Source: Octopus vulgaris (taxonomy: Eukaryota). From it: DNA of 64,000 nucleotides. The position numbers and the translations under genes are program-made. The notes under the pieces are model-generated. The model was given only the letters and a program-made list of their open reading frames with translations. It did no database searches and had not been told where the DNA came from. Positions 1 to 13,035 of the stretch are shown one piece after another. The number at the start of each line of letters is the position of its first letter. The first letter of the stretch is position 1. The DNA is taken from positions 10,044,001-10,108,000 of the forward strand of contig OX597817.1 of the NCBI GenBank assembly GCA_951406725.2, given 5' to 3'.

Positions 1-791
1 CATTTAAATACAAAAGAAGCTATTTTATAATGGTAAATGTCGGTTTTGCGAACTCAGCAAACATGAATGCCTAAGAACTTTTCTTCACACTCACGACATT
101 CTGGTTACTTCTGCAAGTGTCTTTTAATGTGTCAGCTGGCGAAATAAATATTCAGTTAAAATAAACTGTATATATGTGTGTGGTTGATTGTTGGTTGTGT
201 ATGTGTGTGTGTGTATGCATGAGTGTGTGGGTGTGTAAGTGTGTGTGTGTGTGTATGTATGTGTGTTTGTGAGTGAGGGTGACAAGTTATCGTTTCTTTT
301 ATTTCCAAGGGAAAAGCCTAATTTGTTCATGTTGGAGATCGGCATTTAATCGAATGGCAAAAAATAGTAATGCCAGAGCATACATACGAACATACAAGCA
401 TTCACATATACATGAATACATATATATACATATGGATACATGTATATCTGTATGTATGAATATATATTTTTTATAACAGATACAACCCATCAAAGACACT
501 GTCAGAATATGTAGCACATTGCATAAATGTAACAAGTGCAATTATAGACGTATAGGCATTCAAGCATATGGTTACGCACGCGTACATAAAAAAAATATAC
601 AAATTCGTATATGGAGTAATATCCGACCCAATACTAACGTGTGTGTGTGCACATACATATGGATATGTATGCATGTTAATACACAAATGTACATGCATAA
701 ATACAAACATCATTACGTCGTTTGTGATGCCTTAAATCCAATGAAAGCACCTGGTTTGTAAACTAAAAAGTTCCCTCCTCTTATATATATA

Positions 792-1010
792 TAAAAGGCT
801 TTTTCACCATTGTCTTTGTTTTTCTGTATATATATATATATATATACACAGAAAAACAAAGACGAAGACAGGTGTATTAATGTATAAACAACAAACAGGT
901 GTATTAGTTTCACTTTCGGGATGGTGAAAAAGCCTTTTACGTTTCGAGCCTACGCTCTTCAGCAGAAAGGAACACGGGGAAATACACAGAGAGAGAATTA
1001 AAAAAAAAAC
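792..1010 (-). mobile_element. Penelope-like terminal fragment with minimal hammerhead motif and inverted terminal copy
   Basis: Hammerhead motif at 933-970 (-). 792-810 is the exact reverse complement of 921-939, and 812-826 of 849-863. The element is embedded in (TA)n. Confidence 0.6.
933..970 (-). ncRNA. Minimal type-I hammerhead ribozyme motif (A6->C core variant)
   Basis: Minus strand CCUUU CUGcUGA A GAGC-GUAG-GCUC GAAAC GUA AAAGG: stem I CCUUU/AAAGG, stem II GAGC/GCUC, palindromic ACGU at stem III. Confidence 0.7.
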
Positions 1011-1024
1011 TTGCAGGTTTAATA

Positions 1025-1175
1025 CACGTGGGTGTGTAGTAAGAAGATTGCTTCTCAACAACGTGGTTCTGTGTTCAGTCTCATAGCGTGGCCCCTTGGG
1101 CAAGTGTTTTCATCTATAGCCTCGAACGACCAAATTCTTGCGAATGGATTTGGTAGAGGCTGAAAGAAATACGTC

Positions 1176-1177
<2 letters not shown>
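1025..1177 (+). mobile_element. SINE family A, degenerate 5' half
   Basis: Contains ttgggcaagtg...ctatagcctcg...ggatttggtaga, matching the full copies. Confidence 0.7.
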
Positions 1178-1223
<46 letters not shown>

Positions 1224-1289
1224 GTGTGGTGGGTATGTATGTATGTATGTATGTATGTATGTATGTATGTATGTATGTATGAATACTTT

Positions 1290-1687
1290 TCTTTTTGTTA
1301 CAGTCATTTGACTGTGGCCATCCATGCTGAAGCACCGTCTTTAATCGAACAAATCGACCTCAGGATTTATTCTTTATAAGTCTATTACTTATTTTATCGG
1401 TGTCTTTTACTGAACCGCTAGCTTACGGATTCGTAAACACACCAACATCGGTTGTCAAGCGATGGCGAGGGGCACAAACACAGCCAAGCAAATGCATACA
1501 TACATATATATATATATATGTATATACGACAGGATTCTTTCTTTCCCGCCTACCAAATCCACTCACAAGACTTTAGTCAGCCCAAGGCTATAGTACAAGA
1601 CACTTGCCCTAGGTGCTACGCAGTCAGACTGAACCCGGAACCATGTGGTTATAGAGCAAGCTTCTTGCCACGCAGCCACTCCTGCGT
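1290..1687 (-). mobile_element. SINE family A, near full length, diverged
   Basis: Reverse complement aligns by eye to 37721-38135. Confidence 0.85.
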
Positions 1688-1699
1688 CTGTATATATGT

Positions 1700-1915
1700 G
1701 CGTGTGTATCTGTGTCTTGCTCTTTCTTCATCACAGCTTGACAACGGGTGTTGGTGTGTTTACGTCCCCGTAATTAGCGTTTCGGCAAAAGATAGAATAA
1801 GTAGTAAACTTAAATATCTCCTGGGACCGATTTGTTCCACTAAAACCCTTCAAGGCAGTGCTCCAGCATGGCGGCATTCAAATGACTTAAATACGTAACA
1901 GAAAAAAATAAAAGA
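1700..1915 (+). mobile_element. SINE family A, 3' half
   Basis: gcttgacaac...gtgtttacgtccccgtaa...ctccagcatggc...aaatgact. Confidence 0.8.
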
Positions 1916-2459
1916 ATATGTGTATATACATACATATATGCATACCGAATGAATGCATACATACGCTTATATTCTGCTGATATGTTTTGAATTCCAATGA
2001 AAAAGAAAAGCTTCGTAAGAATGAAGTTCTCGTTCCATTCGTCAGCAATTCGTATTTAAAGTGCCCTGCATTCATCACTGGGTCAATAAATCAACCAGTC
2101 CATCAATCAACCAATCAATCAATCAATTACTCAAGTGATAAGTGACATTTCCTAATCACAAAGGACAGAAGAATGTCATGCTTTTTTCAGCCAACAAAAT
2201 TATTTCCCTAGAGGTTCCTAACGAGTGAATATCTGAATGGTTTAGGAAGTATAATTTGTGCGATGAACTTTGTATATGGCAATATCCAAGAGAATAAGCA
2301 AAATGATTTGTTAAAGAGATTTCTCACCTAATGTGTCACGACTCTAAAAACTAGTGACGTCATTTTATCGGCAATTTTTCTTCCTTTATGGCGTGTCTAC
2401 ATGTTTCTCTTCCGTTTAATCATTAAACTCATAACACCTCGATTGTGATTCGTCCCTCT

Positions 2460-2501
<42 letters not shown>

Positions 2502-2529
2502 GAGAGAGAGAGAGAGAGTGGTATATAGC

Positions 2530-2885
2530 CGCAGGAGTGGATATAAACGCAGAAGTGGTTATGTGGTAAGAAGCTTGGTTCCAAGCCACATAGTTCCGGG
2601 TTCGGTCTCGCTGCATGGCAACTAAATCAGGTGTCTTCTACTATAGCCTCGGGCCGACCAATGCCTTGTGAGTAGATTTGGTCGACGGAAACTGAACGAA
2701 GCCCGTTTATTTCACGTTGTTCCACTTCACTCATCTGCAGAAATGAGTTGCTACGTCACTGGTGCCAAGCTGTATTGGCTCCTTTGCCTTTCCCTTGGAT
2801 AACATCAATGGTGTAGAGAGTGGAGGCTGGTATGCATGAGCGACTGCTGGTCTTCCATAAAAAACCGTGCCCGGACTTGCGCCTC

Positions 2886-2890
<5 letters not shown>
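2530..2890 (+). mobile_element. SINE A head fused to a different 3' body
   Basis: 2530-2705 matches the family A head; 2710-2890 is unrelated GC-richer sequence followed by (TA)n. Confidence 0.6.
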
Positions 2891-2958
<68 letters not shown>

Positions 2959-3479
2959 ATATATATATCGATTGATAGATTTATATACATAGGTGTATAT
3001 TGCTATGCGCTTATATGTGAGTGTGTGTATGTATATATATATATATGTATGTATGCATGCATTGGATATATGGATGAGTATGCGTGCACACTTTGTCGGC
3101 TATATAAAGATTGATTTGAGGTACTAAACACGCAAATTAAGGAAGTAATTTAGTTTTGACTCCGTGTGTGGGACCCACTTAAAACAGCCGTCACTTTCTA
3201 TTGATGCGTGTACCATATTACTAATTTCAATTACAGTTAGATAAATAGCAAGATACTAAAGTAGTGTAACGGTATAAGGTTGAAAAGTGGAATGCGCTTC
3301 TGTTTTATATTTATATTTATAACTCGGTGAGGGTCTCAAAAGTTTACATTTTTCGCGTAGAATCCCTTCTCTATATTTATACTTCCGGATGCAAATAGAA
3401 AAAGGAATCGACGTCATATTTAACCCTACACCATTTTCCGGAATGCTGAACTTTGTAACTAGTTACAAAATCGTGTTTT

Positions 3480-3790
3480 ATCTTTCTACTCGTCTTAGCA
3501 TTCGGTTGCACCCAGTGGGAGTTATTCTATCGGACTCTACTGCTGAACTAAGACATTACTAATCAAAACAGCATCAGTTGTCAAGTGGCGGTGGGTGATA
3601 AACACCCACACTCACGTGTGTGAATGTGTGTGTGTGTGTGTGTGTGTTTTAGTGTGTGTGTATGGTTATATATGACAAGCTTACATAGAATTTCCGTCTA
3701 CCAAATTCACTTGCAAGGTATTGGTCGGCACGGAACTATCGTAGAAGTCACTTGCTCACGAGATTTGAAACCACATATTCATGCCTACAC
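3480..3790 (-). mobile_element. SINE family A, highly diverged
   Basis: ttattctatcgg...tttccgtctaccaaatt...ttggtcggc motifs. Confidence 0.65.
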
Positions 3791-4274
3791 CTAGAAGAAT
3801 AACATAAATAATGATACAATATCATTATACGTAATACACTTTTAATATTTTGTTCTCTAATAAGGCAGCGAAGTGGTTTGTGCTTTAGAAGTTTTCTGAG
3901 AAATCATCTACTTCAAGCTTTGGTCTCATGAATCGGCACCTTCAACCGATTATTCGAAGTAACCAATGTCATGTGAGTTGAACTTGATCGATTGAAATTG
4001 CCCAGAAGACTGCAGTGCCGTATATTTGTCTATATGTATATATATATATATATTGGTAAAAACAGTAAGATAACAAAAGAAAGAACGTACGCGGGTGTGC
4101 GGGTGCACATGTGTAGGTATGAACAGACGCGCTTACGTGAATACTATGAACTTTTTACCCCCTTAACTTAATTAGTAATCATTCGAATAGCTCTTTTGTC
4201 TAAATGGCGGTCAATAACACTGTAATTTCCATTTGTATAACGGTCATTTTTCATAGCGTTTTTCCGATGGCCGG

Positions 4275-4333
4275 ATAACTGAAGAGATGGTAGCGTGGAT
4301 TTCCACCTCGGCATCTGAAACTCAGAGCTTTAT
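4275..4333 (+). ncRNA. Degenerate type-I hammerhead motif in a Penelope-like fragment (about 4055-4375)
   Basis: AUAA CUGAAGA GAUG...CAUC u GAAA CUC a GAG c u UUAU. Stems I-III can form, but U16.1 appears mutated to C and there is an extra U before GAAA. Confidence 0.5.
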
Positions 4334-4371
4334 GTTGGTTACCGAATAATTGTCACATATTACATTTACAG

Positions 4372-4407
<36 letters not shown>

Positions 4408-4454
4408 TTTTTTATATTATATTATTATATTATATTATATTATATTATGTTACG

Positions 4455-4625
4455 TTTTACTTGTTTTAGTCATTTGACTGCGGCCATGCTGCACCACAAC
4501 CTTTAGTCGAACAAAACCATCCCAGGACTTATTCTATCGGTCTCTTTTCTTGAACCGCTAACTTACAAGGACGTAAACACACCGACATCGGTTCCCAAGT
4601 GATGAGAGGGAGACAAACACCAACA
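4455..4625 (-). mobile_element. SINE family A, 3' half
   Basis: agtcatttgactgcggccatgctg...gaaccgctaa. Confidence 0.8.
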
Positions 4626-4638
4626 CTCAAATACACAC

Positions 4639-4676
<38 letters not shown>

Positions 4677-4703
4677 GCATACATATACATATATGTATAT
4701 ATG

Positions 4704-4751
<48 letters not shown>

Positions 4752-4804
4752 TCTGTCCATCTAGCAATGTGTGTATATGTGTGCGTGCATGTGTGTATAA
4801 CGAG

Positions 4805-5150
4805 TGCAGGCGTGGCTTTGTACTGAGTTCAGTCCCACTGCGTGACACCTTGGGTAAGGTTTCTTTCATTGAAGCCTCGGCCGACCAAAGCCTTGTGAGT
4901 GGATAGGAAAGAATCCCGAGGTATATGTATATGTCTATGTTTGCGTTTTTTTGTGCATGTTTGTTCCCACACCACTGCTTCGTAACTGGCGTTGGTGTGT
5001 TTACGTCCCGGTAACGTAGTTATTCGGCAAAGGAATCCCGATAGATTAAGTGCCAGAATTGAAAAATTAAGTCCTGGGGGCGATTTTTTGGCCTAAAACT
5101 TTTCGAATTGGTACCCCAATATGGCCGCAGTCAAATGACCTCGCAAGTAA
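4805..5150 (+). mobile_element. SINE family A, internally deleted
   Basis: gttcagtcccactgcgtg...ggccgaccaaagccttgtgagtgga...atggccgcagtcaaatgac. Confidence 0.8.
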
Positions 5151-5266
5151 AACATAACAGATATATGTATGTGTGTGTATTATGTAACATACACATTTAT
5201 ATTTCTGAGTCTGTGTGTGTATGCACTTTTGCTTTGGTGTATACATATATGCTTGTATATGATGTA

Positions 5267-5314
<48 letters not shown>

Positions 5315-5329
5315 AATATATTTATATGC

Positions 5330-5427
<98 letters not shown>

Positions 5428-7559
5428 TTGTAAGGTGCTGCTAGGCATGTAAGAAAGTATACTATTCAGGATGATAGAGAAAAGTTTCGTTGAAGTAAAA
5501 TTTGAAAAATTCTGTAGGCAGTTGAGTAATAGCGAGTTATTTTCGGCAATACTATTAATTTCAGATCACTCTTAAACGAAGCACTAGCTGAAATATGAAG
5601 ACTCAAAAGCAGCATAAAATAGTTGCTTATGTTGGTTCCACATTCATACATAACATACATGCATACATATGATACATGTGTATATGTGTATGTGTGTGTG
5701 TGTCTGTGAATCGTTATACATATACTTCTACATACATACGGATCTACCAATCTACTCTCATACATAAGGATATAGAAGTATAGTTCTGTGCGCTTGGATG
5801 TAGTGTATATTTTTTCGTACGATGGTGTGGGGTGTATTTTTATGCTTTATTTTTCTTGTCTTTGCTACGGAAGTGATAACTTTAGAAATTAAGTGCCGAT
5901 TTGCTTTTCTGTATGTAATTTTTTTTTTGTGTGTGTGTTTACTGTTTTTCTTTTTTGTTATAAGTATGCTAATGTAAACATTGAACTCAATTTGGTTGTA
6001 ATACGTGAGGATTTGGTAAAAAAAATATTGGATTAATCAATACATACCCACCCAACCACACGTACGTATACACGTATATGTGTGTGTTTGCATATTTGTG
6101 TGTGTGTGTATCGGTATGTAATGGATAGAAAAGAAACCATAAAAACAAACCAAAAGAAAATGGAAGAAAAATATTATCATACGGTCATCACTGCTTATGG
6201 CAAGTATCGTACTGTATATGCAAACATCGTGACTAAATTTCGATTTGCCAGTGAGGTTAATTCATTTCACTTGCACCGTTAATAGTCTTGGTAAAGGAAT
6301 TGATGTGGCCCTTCCCTAAACTCCATTATGCTTCACTTATTGTGTATGTGTGCGCGCATACACATATGTATGTATGTATGTATGTATTTATGTATGAATA
6401 TACAGAGAGAGAGAGAGAGATAGAGCGAGAGAGAGCTTTGCATCTAGTCTGATGGAACTAATGTTTCTATATTGCTGAATTGGATACGAGTGTCGCGAAG
6501 TTGATACTTTGTGCTTCTAAATGCTTTTATGATATTTATCTGACGAACCATTACTCTGTGACAAATATGATTAGTAAAAGGATTATTGAAACTAAAGATT
6601 GGCTTTCAAATGATGTTATTGCCCACTTGAATTCAGAAATGCTGCTCTAAAATTTTGAGAAAATATGAGCGTCAAAATGTTTATGACGATGAAGGCCATG
6701 AAAACAAAATGACTGAAATTGATGCAAAATGGTTATTAAGGTCAGTTTGTTGCTGTTGTTTTGCCCCAAGTCAATCCTGATAAAGGATTACAATCAGAGA
6801 AACCCCATCAATGAATATCTTGTGTTCTTAAAAGTAATTAAAACCATAGTTTCTAATATAAGGTGAGTAGTAGAGGATTTGAAGGATAATTGGTTGCTTT
6901 TTTTTTTTCGTAGTTAAGTGATGACATAACATCTCCTTCGTTGTTTCGCAAACAACATTTCTAGGTCCCATTTTTACATTAAGTGGCGCAGCTTACCATG
7001 TGAATACGTTGTCTTTTGTTTAAACGGTGTCAGTTCATGTCCTTTATCAGTCCTGTGCTGGTGGAAGTAAACGTTCTAGTTTATGTCTTTCTACTGACTT
7101 GAAGTAACCCTTTTATATACACACAAAATTTCAAAATCCCTTATTGCGGAAAGCAGTTTTATATTACCAATTTATACTTTATCTAGGTATGTCATGTTTC
7201 TAACTATTTTCTTTTGAGATGTATCAATTTTACTTGAGATAGCATGATTTGCAGAAAATAGAGGTTCTTTATCTTTTTTCGTAGATACTTAACATTATTT
7301 ATGGAATAAAAATGAGATTTAATTTTCCAGTGGAAAGATGAACTGGCTAAACTCACGTGATGTGGAGAATCCGACACCAGATGTATATCTTCCGACATTG
7401 CATTGCAATACCTTTTTATATCTATTTTAATAGTAAGGATAAGGTGTCGAATTTTATATGTCTGAGGTTGTCACAATTTTTTGTATATTTGACAATATTG
7501 AACTCAAATACGGCTCTGGTTGATTTTGTTTTTCGTCCATTGAGGGTCAAAAGTATTGA

Positions 7560-7760
7560 TTTCAAATTTTGACACATGGCCAGCGATTTCGGGGATACGT
7601 CAATTTCATGAACCCCAGTATTCAACTGGTATTTATTTTATCGATCATGAAAGGATAAAAGCAAAATCGACCTCGGCAGAATTTGAACTCAAAAGGTAAG
7701 GACGGACGAGACGCCTTTAAGCATTTTATCCAGTCTGCTAACGACTTAAGCTTGGCGGCT
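7560..7760 (-). mobile_element. SINE family B, diverged
   Basis: tcgacctcggcagaatttgaactc and gaaaggataaaagcaaa motifs. Confidence 0.7.
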
Positions 7761-7837
7761 TAACAGATAAAACTATATCGTTCTTTTATATAAGCTTAAT
7801 AGTACGTGGCAAGATATATACACAAACGTACACACAA

Positions 7838-8100
7838 TGCTGCCTGTGGAACGCAAGAGCATCTTTCGAGCGTGGTCGATGCCAGTACCACCCGACTTGC
7901 TCGCGTGCCGGTGGCACGTAAAAAGCACCCACTACACTCTCGTAGTGGTCGGCGTTAGGAAGGGCATCCAGCTGTAGAAACCTTGCCAGATCAGATTGCA
8001 GCTTGATATAAACCCCCGGCTTGCCAGTCCTCAGTCAAACCGTCCAACCCATGCCAGCATGGAAAGCGGACGTTGAACGACGATGATGATGATGATGATG
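7838..8100 (+). mobile_element. Short RTE-related non-autonomous retroelement with (GAT)n tail
   Basis: gtgccggtggcacgtaaaaagcaccc...ggcgttaggaagggcatccagctgtagaaac...ccaacccatgccagcatggaaagcggacgtt followed by (gat)n; resembles RTE-derived bipartite elements (from memory, not searched). Confidence 0.6.
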
Positions 8101-8276
8101 ACATACGCATATTCATGCATACACGTCCGCATACATATATACGCACATCTTCACACGCTCATACTCGAACATACGTACATTGTTTGTGTGCGCGCGCGTG
8201 TGTGTTTCATATATACAACGAGCTTTTGCACAGTTTTTACCAAATTTCAGGCACAAACATTCGGTCAATAATATAT

Positions 8277-8315
<39 letters not shown>

Positions 8316-8407
8316 TTGTGTGTGTGTGTGTAAATGTAATATGTGACAATTATTCGGTAGCCATGATAAAACTCCGAGTTTCGGCCATTTTATTAATACA
8401 TATATGC

Positions 8408-8620
8408 ACAGGAGTGGCTGTGTGGAAAGTAGCTTGCTTACCGACCACATGATTAAGTCTCACTGCGTGGCATCTTGAACAAGTGTCTTTTGCTATAGCA
8501 TCGGGCCGACCAAACCCTTGTGAGTGGATTTGATAGACGGAAACTGAAAAACGCCCGTCGTAAATATATATATATATGTATGTGTGTGTATATTTTTGCG
8601 TGTCTGTGTTTGTCCCCCAC
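8408..8620 (+). mobile_element. SINE family A, 5' half
   Basis: caggagtggctgtgtgg...gtggatttgatagacggaaactgaaa. Confidence 0.8.
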
Positions 8621-8784
8621 CCCCATATATGTGTGTTTGTGTGTCTTTCATTATAAATCTACTCACTAATGAACAAACCACAAGACGAGTCAAATGAAAC
8701 CTTATGTTGTTTCCTGACCTGCAACAAACGGTGTCAAATATCCCCAAATTCATCGTACCATCTTACAAGATGGAAGAATATATT

Positions 8785-9008
8785 TATTTCTTTACTACCC
8801 ACAAGAGGCTAAACACAGAGGGGACAAACAAGGACAGACAAACGGATTACGTCGACCCCAGTGCGTAACTGGTACCTTATTTATCGACCCCGAAAGGATG
8901 AAAGGCAAAGTCGACCTCGGCGGAATTTGAACTCAGAACGTAACGGCAGACGAAATACAGCTACGCATTTCGCCCAGCGTGCTAACGTTTCTGCCAGCTC
9001 GCCGCCTT
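8785..9008 (-). mobile_element. SINE family B, full length, with 15-bp target-site duplication
   Basis: TSD atggaagaatatatt at 8770-8784 and 9009-9023. Pol III-like boxes (TGGCAGAAACG, GAGTTCAAATTCC) and central cctttcggggtcgataaa motif. Confidence 0.9.
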
Positions 9009-9422
9009 ATGGAAGAATATATTAGCTGAACCTTCTACGTAATCATAAAATACAGGATGATCACAGCTAGAAGGCAACTGAGTAAACTGGATGAGAGCTG
9101 ATTTTAGATTAAACAACAATGATATAGTACCAGTGGAAGTAGTTCACATCCGATCCAATTCTCAGCTTGGTTTGGATTCCAAACGTTGTCATTTTCACTT
9201 CGCTTATTTTAGAAGTTCTTCTATTACTAGGAATTCCTAAATTACTTTTAATATCTAGTTTTATCGGGGTTCCGTTGACAAATTTGTAATATACTATAAT
9301 ATACTATAATTCAGCAAATATTTGATGTGATGAAGAAATGCATTTCTACAGGGTCAAAGAAAACATCAAACTTCAGGAAGAAACGTTAACAGAAATAGAG
9401 TTAAAGAGGAAAAGAGAACGAG

Positions 9423-9453
<31 letters not shown>

Positions 9454-9455
9454 GT

Positions 9456-9490
<35 letters not shown>

Positions 9491-9562
9491 ACAGAGAGAC
9501 AGAGATAGAGAGGGGTAGAGAGAGATGTTTATGTATGTATGTGTTTCGTAAGTGTGAGTGGT

Positions 9563-9606
<44 letters not shown>

Positions 9607-9838
9607 CTGTACAATTTAAGCTGCAACATAAATAGGGAATGTGCGAATACGACTTACACTGCATTATAATTGAAAGCAGACCAATGCTCATACGTAACAA
9701 CCTCAATGCTTATATATATATAACATAAACATTCAAAAATAAACACACGCACATGTAATATGTGTGCGTGTGTATATGCATATATATGTATATATATGTG
9801 TGTGTATGTATGTGTATATATATGTGTATACATACACA

Positions 9839-9872
<34 letters not shown>

Positions 9873-9983
9873 ATACAAAATATACATTAAGTGCAAATTA
9901 AATACTATAATTTAAACTATATACATTAACTGAAGTTATTAATTAATTAATTTATTTATTTAATAAACATCTCATATTCCCTC

Positions 9984-10248
<265 letters not shown>

Positions 10249-10480
10249 ATATATATACATATATATATATATATGCATATAGATGTGTGTATTTTTCCCT
10301 TGTAAACAATTAACACGAAAAAAATAGATAAATAGTTACCAAGGTAGGAAAAAATCACACAGGTAAAGAGGTTGTAACACCTTGTTTCTAAAAGTAGAAT
10401 CTTCGGGTTTACGTTGAATTTTTTGTATAATATATAAATAAATAAATGGAGTTTAACGCAGGTATAATTCAAATACTTTT

Positions 10481-10568
10481 ACTTCCGACATACGTTTCGA
10501 AGATATCACTGATATTATTCCACAGGAATAAATGGTGTAAAACAATGCAATCTTCTCTTCAGAGAAGT
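10481..10568 (-). ncRNA. Canonical type-I hammerhead ribozyme with extended stem II
   Basis: Minus strand ACUUCU CUGAAGA GAAGAU[...]AUCUUC GAAAC GUAU GUC^GGAAGU. All conserved core nucleotides are present, with a GUC cleavage triplet and stems I, II and III all pairing. Confidence 0.8.
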
Positions 10569-10648
10569 GAAGGAATGAAACTCGTCAATAAGACATTTTA
10601 ACAGAAAATGATGGATAAGTATATATGTAATTATACGTGCTTTAAACT

Positions 10649-10708
<60 letters not shown>

Positions 10709-10817
10709 GTATATATATATATGTATGTATATATATACATGTATGTATATATATATGTATGTATATATATATAGTATATATATATTGTATGTATATATAT
10801 ATATGTATATATATATG

Positions 10818-10860
<43 letters not shown>

Positions 10861-11780
10861 ATATATGTATATATATAATTACTGCTCGTGGATAGTTACA
10901 TCAGATCAACACTTAACACTCTATCACACTGGTGTATTGATTATGTCTTTAGCTTTACATGTATTCATATACGCGCTTGTTCTTAAATAACTAACCTTTG
11001 ACCTTCTCTAAATTTATTAGCAATTACCTCATTCTATGTATTAGAACATAATGTTTATATTTCCACAGAACCAGCCATTTTCGATTTCATAATTTTCTTT
11101 TTTTTTTCCTCTTTTTCGTATTTTTCTTTCACTACATTTCAATATATAAACTATAAATTAAATTAAATACGTGTAACGTAAACTTTCACAAGTTTTACCT
11201 GTCTCCACCCCGCTTGAACTATCAAAAATTACTAGTCAGCTTCTTTGCACTCTTAATTACCTAACCGTACCCCCAACTGAAATTAAGGGTAGATAACTAG
11301 ACACTATATTCCCAATTTGCTAGAATTTACTTCCTGCAACTCTCATCTCTCTCACATGGAATTCATCAAGCATGATCCCCAGTTACTTCAGCTTAAATCT
11401 TTTCGACCTTCTCCAGCGACCAGCAATTATTTACTACTTCATGTCAGCTCTCAAATTCTTATACTCATCAACTACAGCATATGCAGCTCCTAGCTATCAT
11501 ACTCTCTGGCGCAGCAAGCACAGAGGTTGACTCTTATGCAGTTATAAAGCGAAAAATGCACGTGTACCCGTATCAGTGTCAGTTTAATGCTCCTGAACTA
11601 TTTCTTAACTCTAAACCACAAATTGCCGTCTCTAAGTTGCACTTGTGTGGCAGCAAATGCTTATTCTTGCAAATGAGATATCTATTAATACGAATCTTCA
11701 CACACACACACACACACACGCACACACACACACACACATTCATTCCTTTACATTTATACATATACATACATATTTGGATT

Positions 11781-12153
11781 GGAAGCACTCCGTCGGTTAC
11801 GACGACGAGGGTTCCGGTTGATCCGATCAACGGAACAGCCTGCTCGTGAAATTAACGTGTAAGTGGCTGAGCACTCCACAGACACGTGTACCCTTAACGT
11901 AGTTCTCGGGGATATTCAGCGTGACACAGAGAGTGACAAGGCCGGTCCTTTGAAATACAGGTACAACAGAAACAGGAAGTAAGAGTGAGAGAAAGTTGTG
12001 GTGAAAGAGTACAGCAGGGATCACTACGATCCCTGCCGGAGCCTCGTGGAGCTTTTAGGTGTTTTCGCTTAATAAACACTCACAACGCCCGGTCTGAGAA
12101 TCGAAACCGCGATCCTACGACCGTGAGTCCGCTGCCCTAACCACTGCGCCTCC
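11781..12153 (-). mobile_element. SINE family C (tRNA-Arg-like head), copy 1
   Basis: Near-identical to 16828-17211; tRNA-like head CAGTGGTTAGGGCAGCGGACTC...GGTTTCGATTC. Confidence 0.9.
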
Positions 12154-12235
12154 ACTATATACATATATACACAACGTGAGCACACATACACACACTCATT
12201 CCTTTACATTTATACATATACATTCATATATACAC

Positions 12236-12372
12236 AGCGTGGCTGTGTGGTAAGAAACTTGCTTCTCAACAGCATGGTTCCGACTTCAGCTCAACTGCGT
12301 GGCATCTTGAGCAGGAGTCTCCTCTGAAAGCCTTGAGTAAATTTTTTAGACGGGAAATGAAAGAAGACCGCC

Positions 12373-12430
<58 letters not shown>

Positions 12431-12505
12431 TTATGTCTGTCTGTCCCTACTCCACCGCTTGACACCCGGCGTGGGTGTGTTTACTTCGCCCTAACTTAGC
12501 GGTAA
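12236..12505 (+). mobile_element. SINE family A, diverged and 3'-truncated
   Basis: gtggctgtgtggtaagaa...gtgtgtttacttcgccctaacttagcgg. Confidence 0.7.
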
Positions 12506-12514
12506 AAAAAAACA

Positions 12515-13035
12515 TCAGTTAATGTCCCAAATGCATGTTTCAGTATGACTGCAAAAAAGATGCCAAAGAGTGGGGGTGGGGAGCAAGCACAGAGCCCTGA
12601 TTTCCGCTGCTATGTATGTTCAATGTCTCCGAAGAGCCATCAAATTGAACGACGCTTTCATGTGCGCGTGAAATGATTGGACAATCCTGAGAAGTCTTGG
12701 AGGACAGCCAATTTTATATTTGTACTGATTAATTCAAAAGACCTTGTGAGTTCGATGAAGGTGATAAAGAGTGGTTGACGTTGCTCTCGGTACTTCGCCT
12801 GTAGCTGTCGAGGAGAGGGGATCGTGTCGAGTATGGAGCATTCTGATCTGAAACCGCTCTGAGATTCGGCGTATACCCTCTCAGCGATTTTCTGTAGACT
12901 GTTTAGGACCATGCGGTCAAAGACCTCCCCAACCATGCTTAACAGCGAGATGCCTTAGTAATTATTGCAGTCTCTTTTGCCCCCTTAGTTCTTATATAAG
13001 GTGGCAATGTTACATTCTCTGTCTTGCGGGAATGA
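12515..13035 (-). pseudogene. RTE-clade LINE reverse-transcriptase fragment
   Basis: Translation NIATLYKN*...GISLLSMVGEVFDRMVLNSLQKIAERVYAESQSGFRSECS...RQLQAKYREQRQPLFITFIELTRSF matches RTE RT motifs; contains stops. Confidence 0.9.
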
